Part shown: positions 1-9,896 of the stretch, one piece after another
How the letters are laid out: each line of letters starts with the position of its first letter
Position numbering within the stretch: the first letter of the stretch is position 1
Notes under the pieces: generated by a model
Told to the model about the DNA's origin: nothing
The model's database searches: none
Seen by the model: only the letters and a program-made list of their open reading frames with translations
From: Thermoplasmata archaeon
GTDB taxonomy: Archaea > Thermoplasmatota > Thermoplasmata > Lutacidiplasmatales > UBA184
DNA: 64,000 nucleotides
Reading direction: 5' to 3'
Assembly: GCA_046704665.1 (NCBI GenBank)
Contig: JBJKRJ010000057.1
Span: 12,030-76,029 of the forward strand
Made by a program: the position numbers and the translations under genes

Positions 1-362
1 GAACCGCTCGAGCCGGTGGCGGTCACGGGGATAGAGGACGGCCACGCCGGCCTCCGTGAGTCGCTGTCGCAGGCCCCGGTCGGCCGTCACGACGGTCGCC
101 TGGAGCCGCCGGGCGGCCGCGACGACGGCCGCGTCCCCGCGGCCCGGGACCGCGAGGCGGAGGTACCTTTCGGCCAACGCCCGGGCCGCGGGGGCCTCGG
201 GCGTCGCCCGGGCCACGAGCCGATCCAGCTCCCGGAAGGTGGAGGAAAGGACGCACAGTGTGTATCCCGGACAGAGCCGGTCGACCTCCCGCTCGAGCGG
301 GAAACCCGTGCGCACCGGCAGAAAGAGGGCGTTCGTATCGAGGAGAACGAGCCGGTCCGTGG
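1..362 (-). CDS. PIN-domain (VapC-like) protein, partial. It runs off the window start and no canonical start codon was found.
   Basis: Own minus-strand translation gives ...DRLVLLDTNALFLPVRTGFPLEREVDRL...ATVVTADRGLRQRLTEAGVAVLYPR, which has PIN-like acidic-residue spacing. The frame stays open to position 1. It is absent from the supplied ORF track because it has no ATG/GTG/TTG start. Confidence 0.3.
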
Positions 363-376
363 GGCCGGAGGCCCCT

Positions 377-2056
377 CTACGGCTTCCGGACGATGACCCC
401 GAGCTCGTCGCGGTCGTAGACGACCCCTCCCGTCCGCTCGCGAAGGACAAACCGCTGGGCCTTCAGGTTCGCCGTCTTCGGGATCTCGTCCAGGAATTCG
501 AGGTACTTCGGGACCATGAAGAACGGCAGATGTTCCACGCAGAACTCGAACAGCTCCTTCGGCTCGGCCGAGCTCCCCGGTTTCACCTGGACGAACGCCT
601 TCACGTCCTCCTCACCGAGGGGAGAAGGGACGCCGACGACCACGGACTCGAAGACCGCGGGGTGCCGGTTCAGGACCGTCTCGACATCGTAGGGGGCGAG
701 GTTCTCGCCGCGGCGACGGATGACGTCCTTCTTCCGGTCGACGAAGTAGTAGTACCCGTCCGCGTCGCGGGTCACGTAGTCGCCGGTGTGGAACCAGAGG
801 TTCCGCCAGGAATCGACGGTCTTCTCGGGCTTGTTGAGATAGCCGGAGAACATCGAGAAAGGGACCTTCGGACGAACGATGAGCTCCCCCCGCGTGTCGG
901 GGGGGACCGGTCGGTCGTCGTCGTCCACGACGTCCGCTTCGACGAACTCGAGCGGAGTGCCGACGGAGCCGACGCGGATGCGGTCGGGAGGGTTCATGAG
1001 CGTGCAACAGCCGCATTCGGTCATCCCGTAGAGCTCCACGATCGTGAGGCCGAAGCGTCGTTCGAAGTCGCCCCAGATCGCCTTCGTGGTCCCGGCCGTG
1101 AGCGCGGTCCGGACCCGATGGCGCGTGTCGCTCTCCTTCTCGGGTTGCTTGAACAGGACATTGATCATCGAGACGAGGAGCGAGACGTGGGTGGCTCCAA
1201 AGCCGGTCGCGACCTCCCAGTACGTCGACGCGTGGAACCGATCGTCGAAGGCCGCCTCGAGGTCGTTCAGGAGCGCGGTCAGCAGGGTCATCTCCTGGGC
1301 GTTGCAATGGAAGAGTGGAAGGGCGGTGAAGAGGACCGCGCCGGGCCGCAGGCGGCTGCGACGACCGATCTCGTACGGCGTGATGATCTGCTTCTCGTGG
1401 GGGATGATCGCGCCCTTCGGCGGCCCGGTCGTACCGCTCGTGTACATGATCGAGAGCGGGTCGCTCGGTCGGATCTCGGGCACCGGACGGAGGGGCGGAT
1501 CCGCCGGTAGCTCCGAGAAGGACCTCGTGCCGGCCGGGAGGTCGTTCCCCGTTCCCTCCACGTCGGCGACCCACTCGAGCCCGATCCGAAGCGCATCGCG
1601 CAGCGGTGCGTACGTGGCCCAGAGACGCCGGTCGAGGACGACTCCCTTCGGTGCACAGTCCGAGAGCTCGTAGCGAAGGATCTCGCCCTTGAGCGCGGTG
1701 TTGAGCGGCACCAGAACGATGCCGGCCTTCGCCGCACCGAACCAGAGGAGCGGAAACTCCGGTGAATTGAACAGGAGCGCCGCCACGCGGTCACCGGCGC
1801 GCAGGCCGGCGCGGACGAGACCGGCGGCGATCCGCTCCGTCTCCCGGTCGAGCTCGCGGTACGTGATCGTACGGTGCGCGAAGTGGAGGGCGGGCCGGTC
1901 CTCGTTCTTGTCCGCCTTCTTTCGGAGCAGCGTCGCGAGGTCATGATACTCCTCGCCGGGCTCGAGCATCGGATTCCGCCGAGGCAACCTCGCGGATAAG
2001 GATAGGGTTTCGGTCGAGCCCATCGGGGACGACGCGCTCGACCTCGGTGACTTCAT
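377..2056 (-). CDS. AMP-dependent synthetase/ligase (acyl-CoA or fatty-acid-CoA ligase). The true start is probably internal, near 1969 (MLEPGEEYHDL).
   Basis: 559-aa ORF with the AMP-binding signature YTSGTTGPPKGA and a C-terminal lid (GEEDVKAFV...). It has the typical acyl-CoA synthetase length. Confidence 0.85.
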   Translation of the reverse strand: MKSPRSSASSPMGSTETLSLSARLPRRNPMLEPGEEYHDLATLLRKKADKNEDRPALHFAHRTITYRELDRETERIAAGLVRAGLRAGDRVAALLFNSPEFPLLWFGAAKAGIVLVPLNTALKGEILRYELSDCAPKGVVLDRRLWATYAPLRDALRIGLEWVADVEGTGNDLPAGTRSFSELPADPPLRPVPEIRPSDPLSIMYTSGTTGPPKGAIIPHEKQIITPYEIGRRSRLRPGAVLFTALPLFHCNAQEMTLLTALLNDLEAAFDDRFHASTYWEVATGFGATHVSLLVSMINVLFKQPEKESDTRHRVRTALTAGTTKAIWGDFERRFGLTIVELYGMTECGCCTLMNPPDRIRVGSVGTPLEFVEADVVDDDDRPVPPDTRGELIVRPKVPFSMFSGYLNKPEKTVDSWRNLWFHTGDYVTRDADGYYYFVDRKKDVIRRRGENLAPYDVETVLNRHPAVFESVVVGVPSPLGEEDVKAFVQVKPGSSAEPKELFEFCVEHLPFFMVPKYLEFLDEIPKTANLKAQRFVLRERTGGVVYDRDELGVIVRKP

Positions 2057-2082
2057 AGCCCGGGACCCGCTCGGACGCGGTC

Positions 2083-2610
2083 ATGGCATCCCGGGGAGGA
2101 GCGTACCGGCCCGAGGCACCGATTGCTTCCGAGCTCGCGGCCGGTGTGGTGCTCGTCCACTCGCGGAACCGGGACCTCCTGCTCCTTCACCACGGGGAGG
2201 AGGACCGCTGGTGCCTTCCCAAGGGGCACGTCGACCCCGGCGAGTCGCTTCCCGACACCGCGCTGCGAGAGACCCGAGAGGAGACCGGGCTCCGCAAGGT
2301 CCGCCTTGCCGGGGAGATCGGAGAGGTCTCCTACCGGTTCTACCGGGAGCGGGATGCCCGTAACGTCTACAAGAGCGTCGTGTACTTCCTTGCCTTCACG
2401 CGGGAGCGGACGCCCCGCCTCGAGACGACGTTCGATCGGTATGCCTGGCTCTCCCTGAAGGGGGCGCTCCTCCGGGTTCCCTACGAGGAGGACCGACGCA
2501 TGCTCGTCGCGGCCCGACGACATCTTGCGGGCCGATCCGCGCGAGGGGATCCGGGTCGGAGGGTCTCGCGGAACCGTACGCGGGCCGGGCGCCGGAGGGG
2601 CTCGTCGTAG
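2083..2610 (+). CDS. NUDIX hydrolase
   Basis: Nudix box GHVDPGESLPDTALRETREETG in a 175-aa ORF. Confidence 0.8.
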   Translation: MASRGGAYRPEAPIASELAAGVVLVHSRNRDLLLLHHGEEDRWCLPKGHVDPGESLPDTALRETREETGLRKVRLAGEIGEVSYRFYRERDARNVYKSVVYFLAFTRERTPRLETTFDRYAWLSLKGALLRVPYEEDRRMLVAARRHLAGRSARGDPGRRVSRNRTRAGRRRGSS

Positions 2611-2682
2611 CGACGGGAAACGGACCGAAGGGGTTCGGTGGACCCGAAGCGGGGTCCACCCTCGGCGGACCACCCTCTCGCG

Positions 2683-4128
2683 TTACCGAGGCCAGTTCGG
2701 GTCCCGGACCGGCTCCGGTCGCTGGACCGAGTCCGCCGGACCCGGTTCGGAGGGCGGCGCGATCACGGCGGGAGGTATGCCGTTCGGATCGTATCCGACG
2801 GTGGGATTGGCCGCGCGTGACGCCGCACGCCGGCGAGCGTACGAGCGCCACCCGACTACACCGAGAACCACGACCACGGCGGCGGCCGCGACCAGGAGGT
2901 CGACGAGAACGGCCCGGACTCCGGTGTGGGACGTAACGCCGAACGCGCTGGGCCCCGCGATCTGGTTCGACTCGGCCTGGGCCTGGGCGACGCTCAGGGG
3001 TTGGGCCTCGACCATCCCGGTCGGGTTCATCCCGAGCGCCGCGGGCGAGGCCCCCGAGGTCTCGAAGCCACCCTGGTAGCCCATCATTCCCTGGTTGACG
3101 AAGGCATCGTCGGCACCGAAGCTGCTCGCCGCGGCGCCCAGCCGCGGGCCGCCGGGGCCTCGGCTGAAGTACAGTGTCTCCCCGGGGTTCATCGTCGCCG
3201 AACCCATCTCGTTCGCGGCGAACACCGGGCTCGCGCCGCCGAACATGTCGAAGTCGTGCGGCACGAGGACGAACCCGTCCCGAAGATCAAACGGTCCTTG
3301 GAGCACGAGGACGATACCGACCCGCGGTACCTGGTCGCTGAACGGGTGCGGGTTCGCGGGGGCTATGAACCCGGTCAGGCGAACGGGGAGCGTCCCGCTC
3401 AGGTTGCCCGAATGCGAGCGCGAGGCCGTCGCGGTCGTTCCGTTGAGTGTCGTGTGGCTCCAGGTCCAGTCCACCTGCCAGGCCGCCGACACGCTGGCGA
3501 CCGACGTCGAGTTCCAGTGGGTGACGTTCGTCAGGCTCAGGGGGATCAGTCCGAGTCCCGGAGAGAACGCGACCGAAGCGTTCGACCTTCCGTTCACGGA
3601 CAGCGAGGAGCTGGCCGTCGCACCGCCCACGGTGCGGCTCAGCGTCTGTTCCTGCGAGGACTGGTCGAACGTGGAGGCATTGAGGAGGCCGAGCGCACGC
3701 ACCGGCTGGCCGGCGGCGTTCACGGTCGAATCGTTCGTCACGTTCGCAAAGGCGACATCGATCTCGACGGCCCGGTAGTGGTACGTCATCGTCTGGGCCG
3801 GGCCCGAATACGTCGCCGAGATGCTCACTCCGAGCGTCCGATTCACCTCCAGCATCTGTACGCCGGGTGTCGTGTTGGTGGCGTGGAAGATCGTGCACAA
3901 CGCGAACGTCGCGTTCCAGCTCAGGGATGCGTTGCCGAATGTCAGCGTATTGTTCCTCGTCTGGTTCCCGCAGTACGCCCACGGGAGCTGGTGCGTGATG
4001 GGGGAGGCCCCTCGGGGGCCCGGCGTGGCGTTGGCGGCGCCCGAAAGCGCCGGAACGGCCACGAAGGCCAGCAGGAGCGCCACCCCGATCGTCACGACCC
4101 AGCTCTTGGTTCCGCCGAGTCCTTTCAT
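2683..4128 (-). CDS. Secreted, membrane-anchored surface glycoprotein. It has an N-terminal signal peptide, a C-terminal TM anchor and a very high density of N-x-S/T sequons.
   Basis: MKGLGGTKSWVVTIGVALLLAFVAVPALSGA looks like a signal peptide, and VLVDLLVAAAAVVVVLGVVGW near the C-terminus looks like a TM helix. There are more than 25 NxS/T sequons (NAT, NQT, NNT, NAS, NTT, NRT, NVT, NDS, NST, NGT, NLS...). The protein is Ser/Thr-rich. Confidence 0.65.
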   Translation of the reverse strand: MKGLGGTKSWVVTIGVALLLAFVAVPALSGAANATPGPRGASPITHQLPWAYCGNQTRNNTLTFGNASLSWNATFALCTIFHATNTTPGVQMLEVNRTLGVSISATYSGPAQTMTYHYRAVEIDVAFANVTNDSTVNAAGQPVRALGLLNASTFDQSSQEQTLSRTVGGATASSSLSVNGRSNASVAFSPGLGLIPLSLTNVTHWNSTSVASVSAAWQVDWTWSHTTLNGTTATASRSHSGNLSGTLPVRLTGFIAPANPHPFSDQVPRVGIVLVLQGPFDLRDGFVLVPHDFDMFGGASPVFAANEMGSATMNPGETLYFSRGPGGPRLGAAASSFGADDAFVNQGMMGYQGGFETSGASPAALGMNPTGMVEAQPLSVAQAQAESNQIAGPSAFGVTSHTGVRAVLVDLLVAAAAVVVVLGVVGWRSYARRRAASRAANPTVGYDPNGIPPAVIAPPSEPGPADSVQRPEPVRDPNWPR

Positions 4129-4283
4129 GGTTCCTACCGGCGGAACGGATTCCGCCGGGGGGGACTCGGGAACCCCCGTGATAAGGGAGGGGCTCGGCGT
4201 CCCCGAGGGGTATTGGACTCCATGCTACGGCATCGCACGCTCGGCCGTTCCGGCCGCGCGAGACCGAGCGAGAGGGGCCCGCA

Positions 4284-5945
4284 CTACGGGATGCGGAAGC
4301 GTGCGGTTCGGGCGAGCTCCATCGACTCCGGGTATCCGGCGTCCGCGTGCCGGGCGACCCCGATGCCCGGGTCGTTGTGGAGGACCCTCCCGATCCGTCG
4401 GTCGGCGTCCGGCGTCCCGTCCGCGACGACGACGAGGCCGGCGTGGATGGAGTTGCCGATCCCGACCCCACCCCCGTGATGGACGGAGACCCAGGTCGCT
4501 CCGCTCGCCACGTTGAGGAGCGCGTTGAGGATCGGCCAGTCCGCGATCGCGTCGGACCCGTCGCGCATCGCCTCGGTCTCGCGGAACGGGCTCGCGACGC
4601 TGCCCGTGTCGTGGTGATCTCGACCGATCGCAACGGGCGCGGAGACCTGCCCGTCCCGGACGAGCCCGTTCACAAGGTGGCCGAACTTCTCGCGCTCTCC
4701 GTAGCCCATGTAGCAGATGCGCGCCGGCAGGCCCTGGAACTTCACCCGCTCCCCGGCGAGACGTATCCACCGGCAGAGGTGTTCGTTCTCCGCGAACTCG
4801 CTCAGGATCATCCGGTCGATGCGCTGGATGTCGTCGGGTTCCCCGCTCAGGGCGAGCCAGCGGAACGGACCGCTGCCCACGGCGAAGAGCGGACGGATGT
4901 ACTTGGGGACGTAGCCTCCGATGTCAAAGGCGTTCGCGACCCCCGCATCCCGTGCCTGAGTGCGGAAGTTGTTCCCGTAATCGAACGCCTTCGAGCCGCT
5001 GCGGATCATCTCGAGGATCGCGCGGGCCTCCACGGCGATCGAGGCCCGGACCCGCGCGAGGTACCCCGGCAGGTCCGCGGCGCGCGCCCGCTCGGCCTCT
5101 TCCACCGTCAAGCCCTGGGGAATGTATCCGACGCGGAGGTCGTGGGCCGCCGTCTGGTCGCTCACGACGTCCGGGACGACCCCGCGTCGCACGATCTCAG
5201 GATAGATGTCGGCGGCGTTGGCCCGAAGTCCGATGGAGAGCGGGCGACGTTCGGCGACCGCCCGTCGCACGAGCTCGAGCGCCTCGTCCAGGGAATGGGC
5301 CTCGGTGTCCAGGTACCGGTGCTCGAGACGCCGGGAGATCGCCCGCGGGTCGACGTCGACGATCAGCCCGACGCCGTTCAGCAGCGTGATGGCGAGCGGT
5401 TGGGCACCGCCCATCTCGCCGAGACCCGACGTCAGGACCCACCGCCCGGCAAGATCGGGGGCGCCGAACTCGATCCGCGCGATCGAGGCCATCGTCTCGT
5501 AGGTCCCCTGAAGGATCCCCTGGGTCCCGATGTAGACCCACGAGCCCGCGGTCATCTGGCCGTACATCGTGAGCCCACGGCTCTCGAGCTCCCAGAAGAT
5601 GTCGTCCGTCGCCCACCGCGGAACGAGTAGGGCGTTCGCGATCAGCACGCGAGGCGCGTCCCGATGCGTGGGGAATATCCCCACCGGTTTTCCGGATTGG
5701 ACGAGCAGCGTCTCCTCCTCCGTGAGCGATTTCAGGGCCTCCACGATCCGGTCGAACGACTCCCAGTCCCGGGCGGCCTTGCCCCGACCCCCGTAGACGA
5801 TCAGATGCCGGGGGTCCCGGCCGACCTCCGGGTCCAGGTTGTTCATCAGGAGACGGAGGGCGGCCTCGGTGCCCCAGCTGCGGCAGTGGAGCTCCCGGCC
5901 GCGCGGAGCGGTCACGACGCGATTGGACTCGAGCGTGCGGGCCAT
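4284..5945 (-). CDS. hutU: Urocanate hydratase (urocanase)
   Basis: [30 protein letters not shown] and [15 protein letters not shown] closely match the HutU N-terminus. The start was moved to MARTLESN (ATG 5943-5945) to match HutU N-terminal spacing. The track ORF runs 4284-6002. Confidence 0.9.
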   Translation of the reverse strand: MARTLESNRVVTAPRGRELHCRSWGTEAALRLLMNNLDPEVGRDPRHLIVYGGRGKAARDWESFDRIVEALKSLTEEETLLVQSGKPVGIFPTHRDAPRVLIANALLVPRWATDDIFWELESRGLTMYGQMTAGSWVYIGTQGILQGTYETMASIARIEFGAPDLAGRWVLTSGLGEMGGAQPLAITLLNGVGLIVDVDPRAISRRLEHRYLDTEAHSLDEALELVRRAVAERRPLSIGLRANAADIYPEIVRRGVVPDVVSDQTAAHDLRVGYIPQGLTVEEAERARAADLPGYLARVRASIAVEARAILEMIRSGSKAFDYGNNFRTQARDAGVANAFDIGGYVPKYIRPLFAVGSGPFRWLALSGEPDDIQRIDRMILSEFAENEHLCRWIRLAGERVKFQGLPARICYMGYGEREKFGHLVNGLVRDGQVSAPVAIGRDHHDTGSVASPFRETEAMRDGSDAIADWPILNALLNVASGATWVSVHHGGGVGIGNSIHAGLVVVADGTPDADRRIGRVLHNDPGIGVARHADAGYPESMELARTARFRIP

Positions 5946-6049
5946 CGACGCCGGAACGTGGGACCCGCCTATACCTTTGGCCGCGCGAGTCCGGGTTCCC
6001 ACGAAGCAGGATTAAGAACCCGCGGCGGGATTCGAGCGTTCGGTTCGAT

Positions 6050-6122
6050 GCCGCCGTAGCTCAGCAGGTAGAGCGGCTGATTTGTAATCAGCAGGTCGGG
6101 AGTTCGATCCTCTCCGGCGGCT
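6050..6122 (+). tRNA. tRNA-Thr (anticodon TGT)
   Basis: GCCGCCGTAGCTCAGCAGGTAGAGCGGCTGATTTGTAATCAGCAGGTCGGGAGTTCGATCCTCTCCGGCGGCT. The 7-bp acceptor stem is GCCGCCG/CGGCGGC, there are D and T arms (GGTTCGATCC-like), the anticodon loop is TTTGTAA, and no CCA is encoded. Confidence 0.85.
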
Positions 6123-6341
6123 GTCGGGCCCCGACCGCGAGACGACCGCCGACCGGTGGTCCTCGCCCGCGGACTCCCGGCCTCCGGTCGATCCGGACCG
6201 GGACGCGCAGAGCGACCCGAAACTGGGGCCGTGCTCGGCGCTCCGTCCTTCTGGGCCGGAGCCGTGCTGGGGCGCTAGGCCGAGAGAAACGAAGCCACCT
6301 TGTCGGGCGTGAGCTCGGCAAGCCCCTCGAGCCGCTGGCCG

Positions 6342-6869
6342 TCACTGCGGAGCAGGACCGGGAATCCGCGCTGATGGTGTAGGTGTTCCTCGATGTACTT
6401 CCTCGGGCCGGACTCCTTGCCGACATCGACCAGGTGCAGCGTCATGCCGCGTTTCCGGGACCAGATGGAGGAGCGTCCGGATTACCGTCCGCTCTTCTTC
6501 CGAGAACTCGTGTTCGATGATCGGCTTTCCACCGAAGTTTCCGGAGTCAAAGGCGGTGGTTCCCGGGGAGGCCGCGTGGCCCCACCCGGCCGCGGCGCCG
6601 GCATACCCGAAGGTGTAGAACCCCCCCTCGTGCATGCCCTTGATGACCCCATCCCGATAGTCCGGGGGAAGAGCGCGCACGATCCGCTCTGAGTTCACGT
6701 AGAGGGTGACCTCGCGCCGGTCGAGAGCAGGTCGACCCACAACGATCCCAAGAGCCGAGCGGACCTGCACCTTTATGGAGCTTCCCGCCGCGCTCGAACG
6801 GCCGACGCGACCCGGGGTCGGGTCCCTCGGATAGGAACGCGGGGACCCAAACCGGGACGGTGGCCCCAC
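6342..6869 (-). CDS. Hypothetical protein, apparently frameshifted. A 57-aa glutaredoxin-fold-like tail (MTLHLVDVGKE...FPVLLRSDGQRLEGL) continues in the +1 frame down to about 6286.
   Basis: The ORF (…GFYTFGYAGAAAGWGHAASPG…KPIIEHEFSEEERTVIRTLLHL) terminates at 6342. A second short frame with a Grx-like C-terminus but no CxxC overlaps its 3' end. Confidence 0.3.
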   Translation of the reverse strand: MGPPSRFGSPRSYPRDPTPGRVGRSSAAGSSIKVQVRSALGIVVGRPALDRREVTLYVNSERIVRALPPDYRDGVIKGMHEGGFYTFGYAGAAAGWGHAASPGTTAFDSGNFGGKPIIEHEFSEEERTVIRTLLHLVPETRHDAAPGRCRQGVRPEEVHRGTPTPSARIPGPAPQ

Positions 6870-7034
6870 CGGACTCCCTCACCGCATCTCAGAAGGTTCT
6901 CGCGGTAGGGAGACCCCGGTCGACCCGACGGTCCGCGCGCGAGCCCGCGAAGCTTCCCTGGGCATGACGACCTGCGCCATGCCGGCCCGCGCCCGAGGAT
7001 CTCGCGACCCGCGGTCGATACGGTCGGTTGCGGC

Positions 7035-8225
7035 CTAGGGGGCGTGGGGCCGTCGCACCCACGTCCCGCCGATGACCCAGGGCGGCTCCGGGCCGATCGG
7101 GTCGACCATGTCCGAGCGGAATCGGTCGACGGCGCCCTCGTCGACCTCGACGCCGAGCCCCGGCTTCTTCGGGATCGCGAACTCTCCCCCCTCGATGGCG
7201 TACCCGCGAACGAGGGAGCGCTTCCAGTCCGGCCAGCTTGCCTCAAAGCTCTCCTGGAGGAAGAACGTCGGCAGGACCGCATCGATCTGCAGGGTCGCCG
7301 CCGTCTGAACGGGACCGAACGCGTTGTGGTAGGCGACGGGTGCGCCGTGGGCCGTGGCGACCCCTGCGATCTCGCGTCCGTAGCTGAACCCTCCCGAGTT
7401 CGTGATGTCCGGCTGGAGGATGTCGACAAGTCCCCGGTTGAGGAAGCTCTCGAAGTCGGCGGCGGTGAGAAGCCGCTCGCCGAGGGCGACCGGCGTCCGG
7501 ACCGCCCGGCGGAACTCTGCCAGCGCATCCGTCAGCTCGGGCAGGACCGGCTCCTCCATGAACCTCGGGTGGAACTCGTCGAGCGCCCGCCCGGCCCGCA
7601 TCGCTGCCTCCGGAAGGAACCGCCCGTGGTACTCGATCAGGAGGTCGACCGAGTCGCCGACCGCCGCCCGGACCGCGGCGACCCGGTCCGCTGCGGCCCG
7701 AAGTCCGTCGGTCGATAGGGTGCGGTACTGGTCGCCGAACGGATCGAACTTGAGCGCGTGGAAGCCTTCGCGGACCATCGCCCGCGCCTTCTCGGCGAAC
7801 TCCTCCGGGGCGATGCAGTCGGAGTACCAGCCGTTCGAGTAGGCACGTACCTTGGATCGAATCGCGCCGCCGAGCAACGTCGAGATCGGGGCCCCGAGCT
7901 CGTGGCCGATGAGGTCGTGGCACGCGATGTCGACACCCGAGAGCGCGCTCGTCGCCTCCATGGACCGGGAGCGGTAGAACGAATACCGCTCGAACTCCCG
8001 AAGGGCCACGGCGTGATCGGCGAGATCGCGGCCCGCGTAGAACCGCCCGACCTCTCGAACGCTCTCGCGGACCGGGTGGGTCATGAGCGTCGTCGGCGAC
8101 TCGCCCCATCCGACCGCTCCGTTCGCCGTCGTGACCTTGACGAGGATGACGGTCGAGCTCCACGGCGACGACAGCTCGTCCGACGGTGCAGCGACCTCGA
8201 TCGGCTCAACCGACTGGATCTTCAT
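7035..8225 (-). CDS. Enolase-superfamily enzyme (mandelate racemase / muconate lactonizing enzyme family)
   Basis: N-terminal capping domain MKIQSVEPIEV...VKVTTANGAVGWGE and a TIM-barrel portion with metal ligands (…LKFDPFG…, …LLIEYHG…). 396 aa. Confidence 0.8.
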   Translation of the reverse strand: MKIQSVEPIEVAAPSDELSSPWSSTVILVKVTTANGAVGWGESPTTLMTHPVRESVREVGRFYAGRDLADHAVALREFERYSFYRSRSMEATSALSGVDIACHDLIGHELGAPISTLLGGAIRSKVRAYSNGWYSDCIAPEEFAEKARAMVREGFHALKFDPFGDQYRTLSTDGLRAAADRVAAVRAAVGDSVDLLIEYHGRFLPEAAMRAGRALDEFHPRFMEEPVLPELTDALAEFRRAVRTPVALGERLLTAADFESFLNRGLVDILQPDITNSGGFSYGREIAGVATAHGAPVAYHNAFGPVQTAATLQIDAVLPTFFLQESFEASWPDWKRSLVRGYAIEGGEFAIPKKPGLGVEVDEGAVDRFRSDMVDPIGPEPPWVIGGTWVRRPHAP

Positions 8226-8312
8226 GGTGCCCTCGCGGGGCCCACCCGGTTCAGCTATAGACCGTTTGCCGGAGCGCTCGGAGGCGCCGCTCGTCGAGAT
8301 GAGGAACCCGGC

Positions 8313-8780
8313 TCACGAGCTCGGGTGGGCCGAAAGTCGCTCGAGCGCGCGACGCACGTGCGGGCCCGGCAGGATCCCTTCGAGCCGATCCTCCACCCGA
8401 CCGTAGGGGTCGAGGAAGAACGTCACGCGCTTCGCGACGCCGAAGAGCCCCAGGACCCCGTACCGCTCGGCGATCGACCGGTCATGGTCGGCGACGAGGG
8501 GGTACGGGATCGAGCACCGTTCCTGGAACTTCGCCTGAGACTCGACCGTGTCGACGCTCACGCCGACGACCGCGACGCCGGCGCGGGCGAACTCGGAAAA
8601 GTGATCGGTGAACCCTCGGGCCTCCTGGGTGCAGCCGGGGGTGTTCGCCTTGGGATAGAAGTAGAGGACGATCGGTCGGCCGCGCAGGGACGAGAGGGTG
8701 AACGAGGATCCGTTCGACGTGAGACCGGTGAAGTCCGGGGCCTCGGCGCCTACGGTGAGCATGCCGGAAGAGTCCGACAC
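8313..8780 (-). CDS. bcp: Peroxiredoxin, Bcp-type (thiol peroxidase)
   Basis: GAEAPDFTG...LYFYPKANTPGCTQEA carries the peroxidatic Cys motif (TPGCT). Confidence 0.85.
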   Translation of the reverse strand: MSDSSGMLTVGAEAPDFTGLTSNGSSFTLSSLRGRPIVLYFYPKANTPGCTQEARGFTDHFSEFARAGVAVVGVSVDTVESQAKFQERCSIPYPLVADHDRSIAERYGVLGLFGVAKRVTFFLDPYGRVEDRLEGILPGPHVRRALERLSAHPSS

Positions 8781-8782
8781 CC

Positions 8783-9790
8783 CTATTTAGCGCCGGGTCC
8801 ACGGAATTCGTCGCCCCGCGGGTCGGGACCCGCTCCTTCCAGAAGAGCGAGCTCCTCGGAGTCCAGGGGCGCCGCCTCCGCCGCGGAGAAGATCTCTTCC
8901 CAGCGTTCCGGCGGCGGAAGCGGGACGAGCACCGAAAGCGTCTCCGCGCGCTGCAAGAGGTAGCGGAGAGCGGCCATGGCGAGGGTGCGTTTCCGCTGCC
9001 GTGTGAGGAATCCCAGTCGAAGGACCGGCGCGAACTCCTCTCGAAGCTCTCGGAGTTCGCGGGGCGGCTGTCCCGCGCGGCGGTCTCCGATCCCCTGCGC
9101 GAAGAGGGAACCGTCGAGCCGACCACCCGCGAACGGGTCGCGGACCAGCAACCTGGGGCCGCTCGGCCCCGTCTCCCGCGCGATCGGTCCGAGGGCCGGT
9201 GCATCGAGCAGGGAGAGCTCGCTCGACACGACCGGGGAGCCGAGACCATCGATCGGAGCCCCGGCGAGCAGGATTTCCCGATCGACCCGTGTCGACCAGG
9301 CCAGCACCTCCCGCTGCGCGGCCAATGGACCGAGCGCGGCGGCGGACCGTATCTCCCGGCCCTCCCGGGAACGAAGACGGGCCTCCGGAACGATCGATGC
9401 GCCCGGGGGAAGACGCGGACGGACCTCTGCCAGCCAGGCCCTCACCTCCGCTTCCGACCATCTCCCCTCCGTCCCGGTTCCTGTCCGAGCGGCCCCCGCA
9501 AGGGGGCGCCCTGCCGAAGGCCCGGCGCCTAGGCCGACCACGACGATGATACCTGCGTCCGGCTCCGGAAACGCGGTGCGCAGCAGCCTTTCCGCACGGG
9601 ACGAGGAACGCGCTCCCGCGACATCGTACAGCGTGATCCCGAGGGCTCGAGCCCGGCGGAGAGCTCCGACCTGCGGCCGGTCGATGGACGGCACGGGGAC
9701 CGGGTCGGGGTCGAGCGCGATGCCGAGTTCGGAGACGCGCGTCTCGCTCCCCGGGACAGTCCGATGCCCCACGCGCTTCAAGGAACTCAT
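8783..9790 (-). CDS. Aldo/keto reductase family oxidoreductase
   Basis: GITLYDVAGA... is AKR-like. The start is trimmed to MSSLKRVGH (ATG 9788-9790) so it does not overlap the convergent rfcL; the track ORF extends to 10366. Confidence 0.7.
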   Translation of the reverse strand: MSSLKRVGHRTVPGSETRVSELGIALDPDPVPVPSIDRPQVGALRRARALGITLYDVAGARSSSRAERLLRTAFPEPDAGIIVVVGLGAGPSAGRPLAGAARTGTGTEGRWSEAEVRAWLAEVRPRLPPGASIVPEARLRSREGREIRSAAALGPLAAQREVLAWSTRVDREILLAGAPIDGLGSPVVSSELSLLDAPALGPIARETGPSGPRLLVRDPFAGGRLDGSLFAQGIGDRRAGQPPRELRELREEFAPVLRLGFLTRQRKRTLAMAALRYLLQRAETLSVLVPLPPPERWEEIFSAAEAAPLDSEELALLEGAGPDPRGDEFRGPGAK

Positions 9791-9896
9791 CGCCGCCTCA
9801 CGTCCAGGGGCCCCACGCGAATAGCGTGCGCGCCCCCCGGGGGTCGATGCGCCCGAGACCCGCAACCCATTATCCGCCCCGGAACCTGACGGAACG

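Noticed and set aside
2926-4633. Long ORFs (517 aa on plus, 448 aa on minus) overlapping the glycoprotein and hutU genes
   Set aside because: These are alternative frames of real genes with highly biased, Arg-rich composition and no motifs.
6286-6459. Stand-alone 57-aa glutaredoxin-like gene
   Set aside because: It lacks CxxC and overlaps the 3' end of the 6342-6869 ORF. It is treated as part of a frameshifted region rather than an independent gene.
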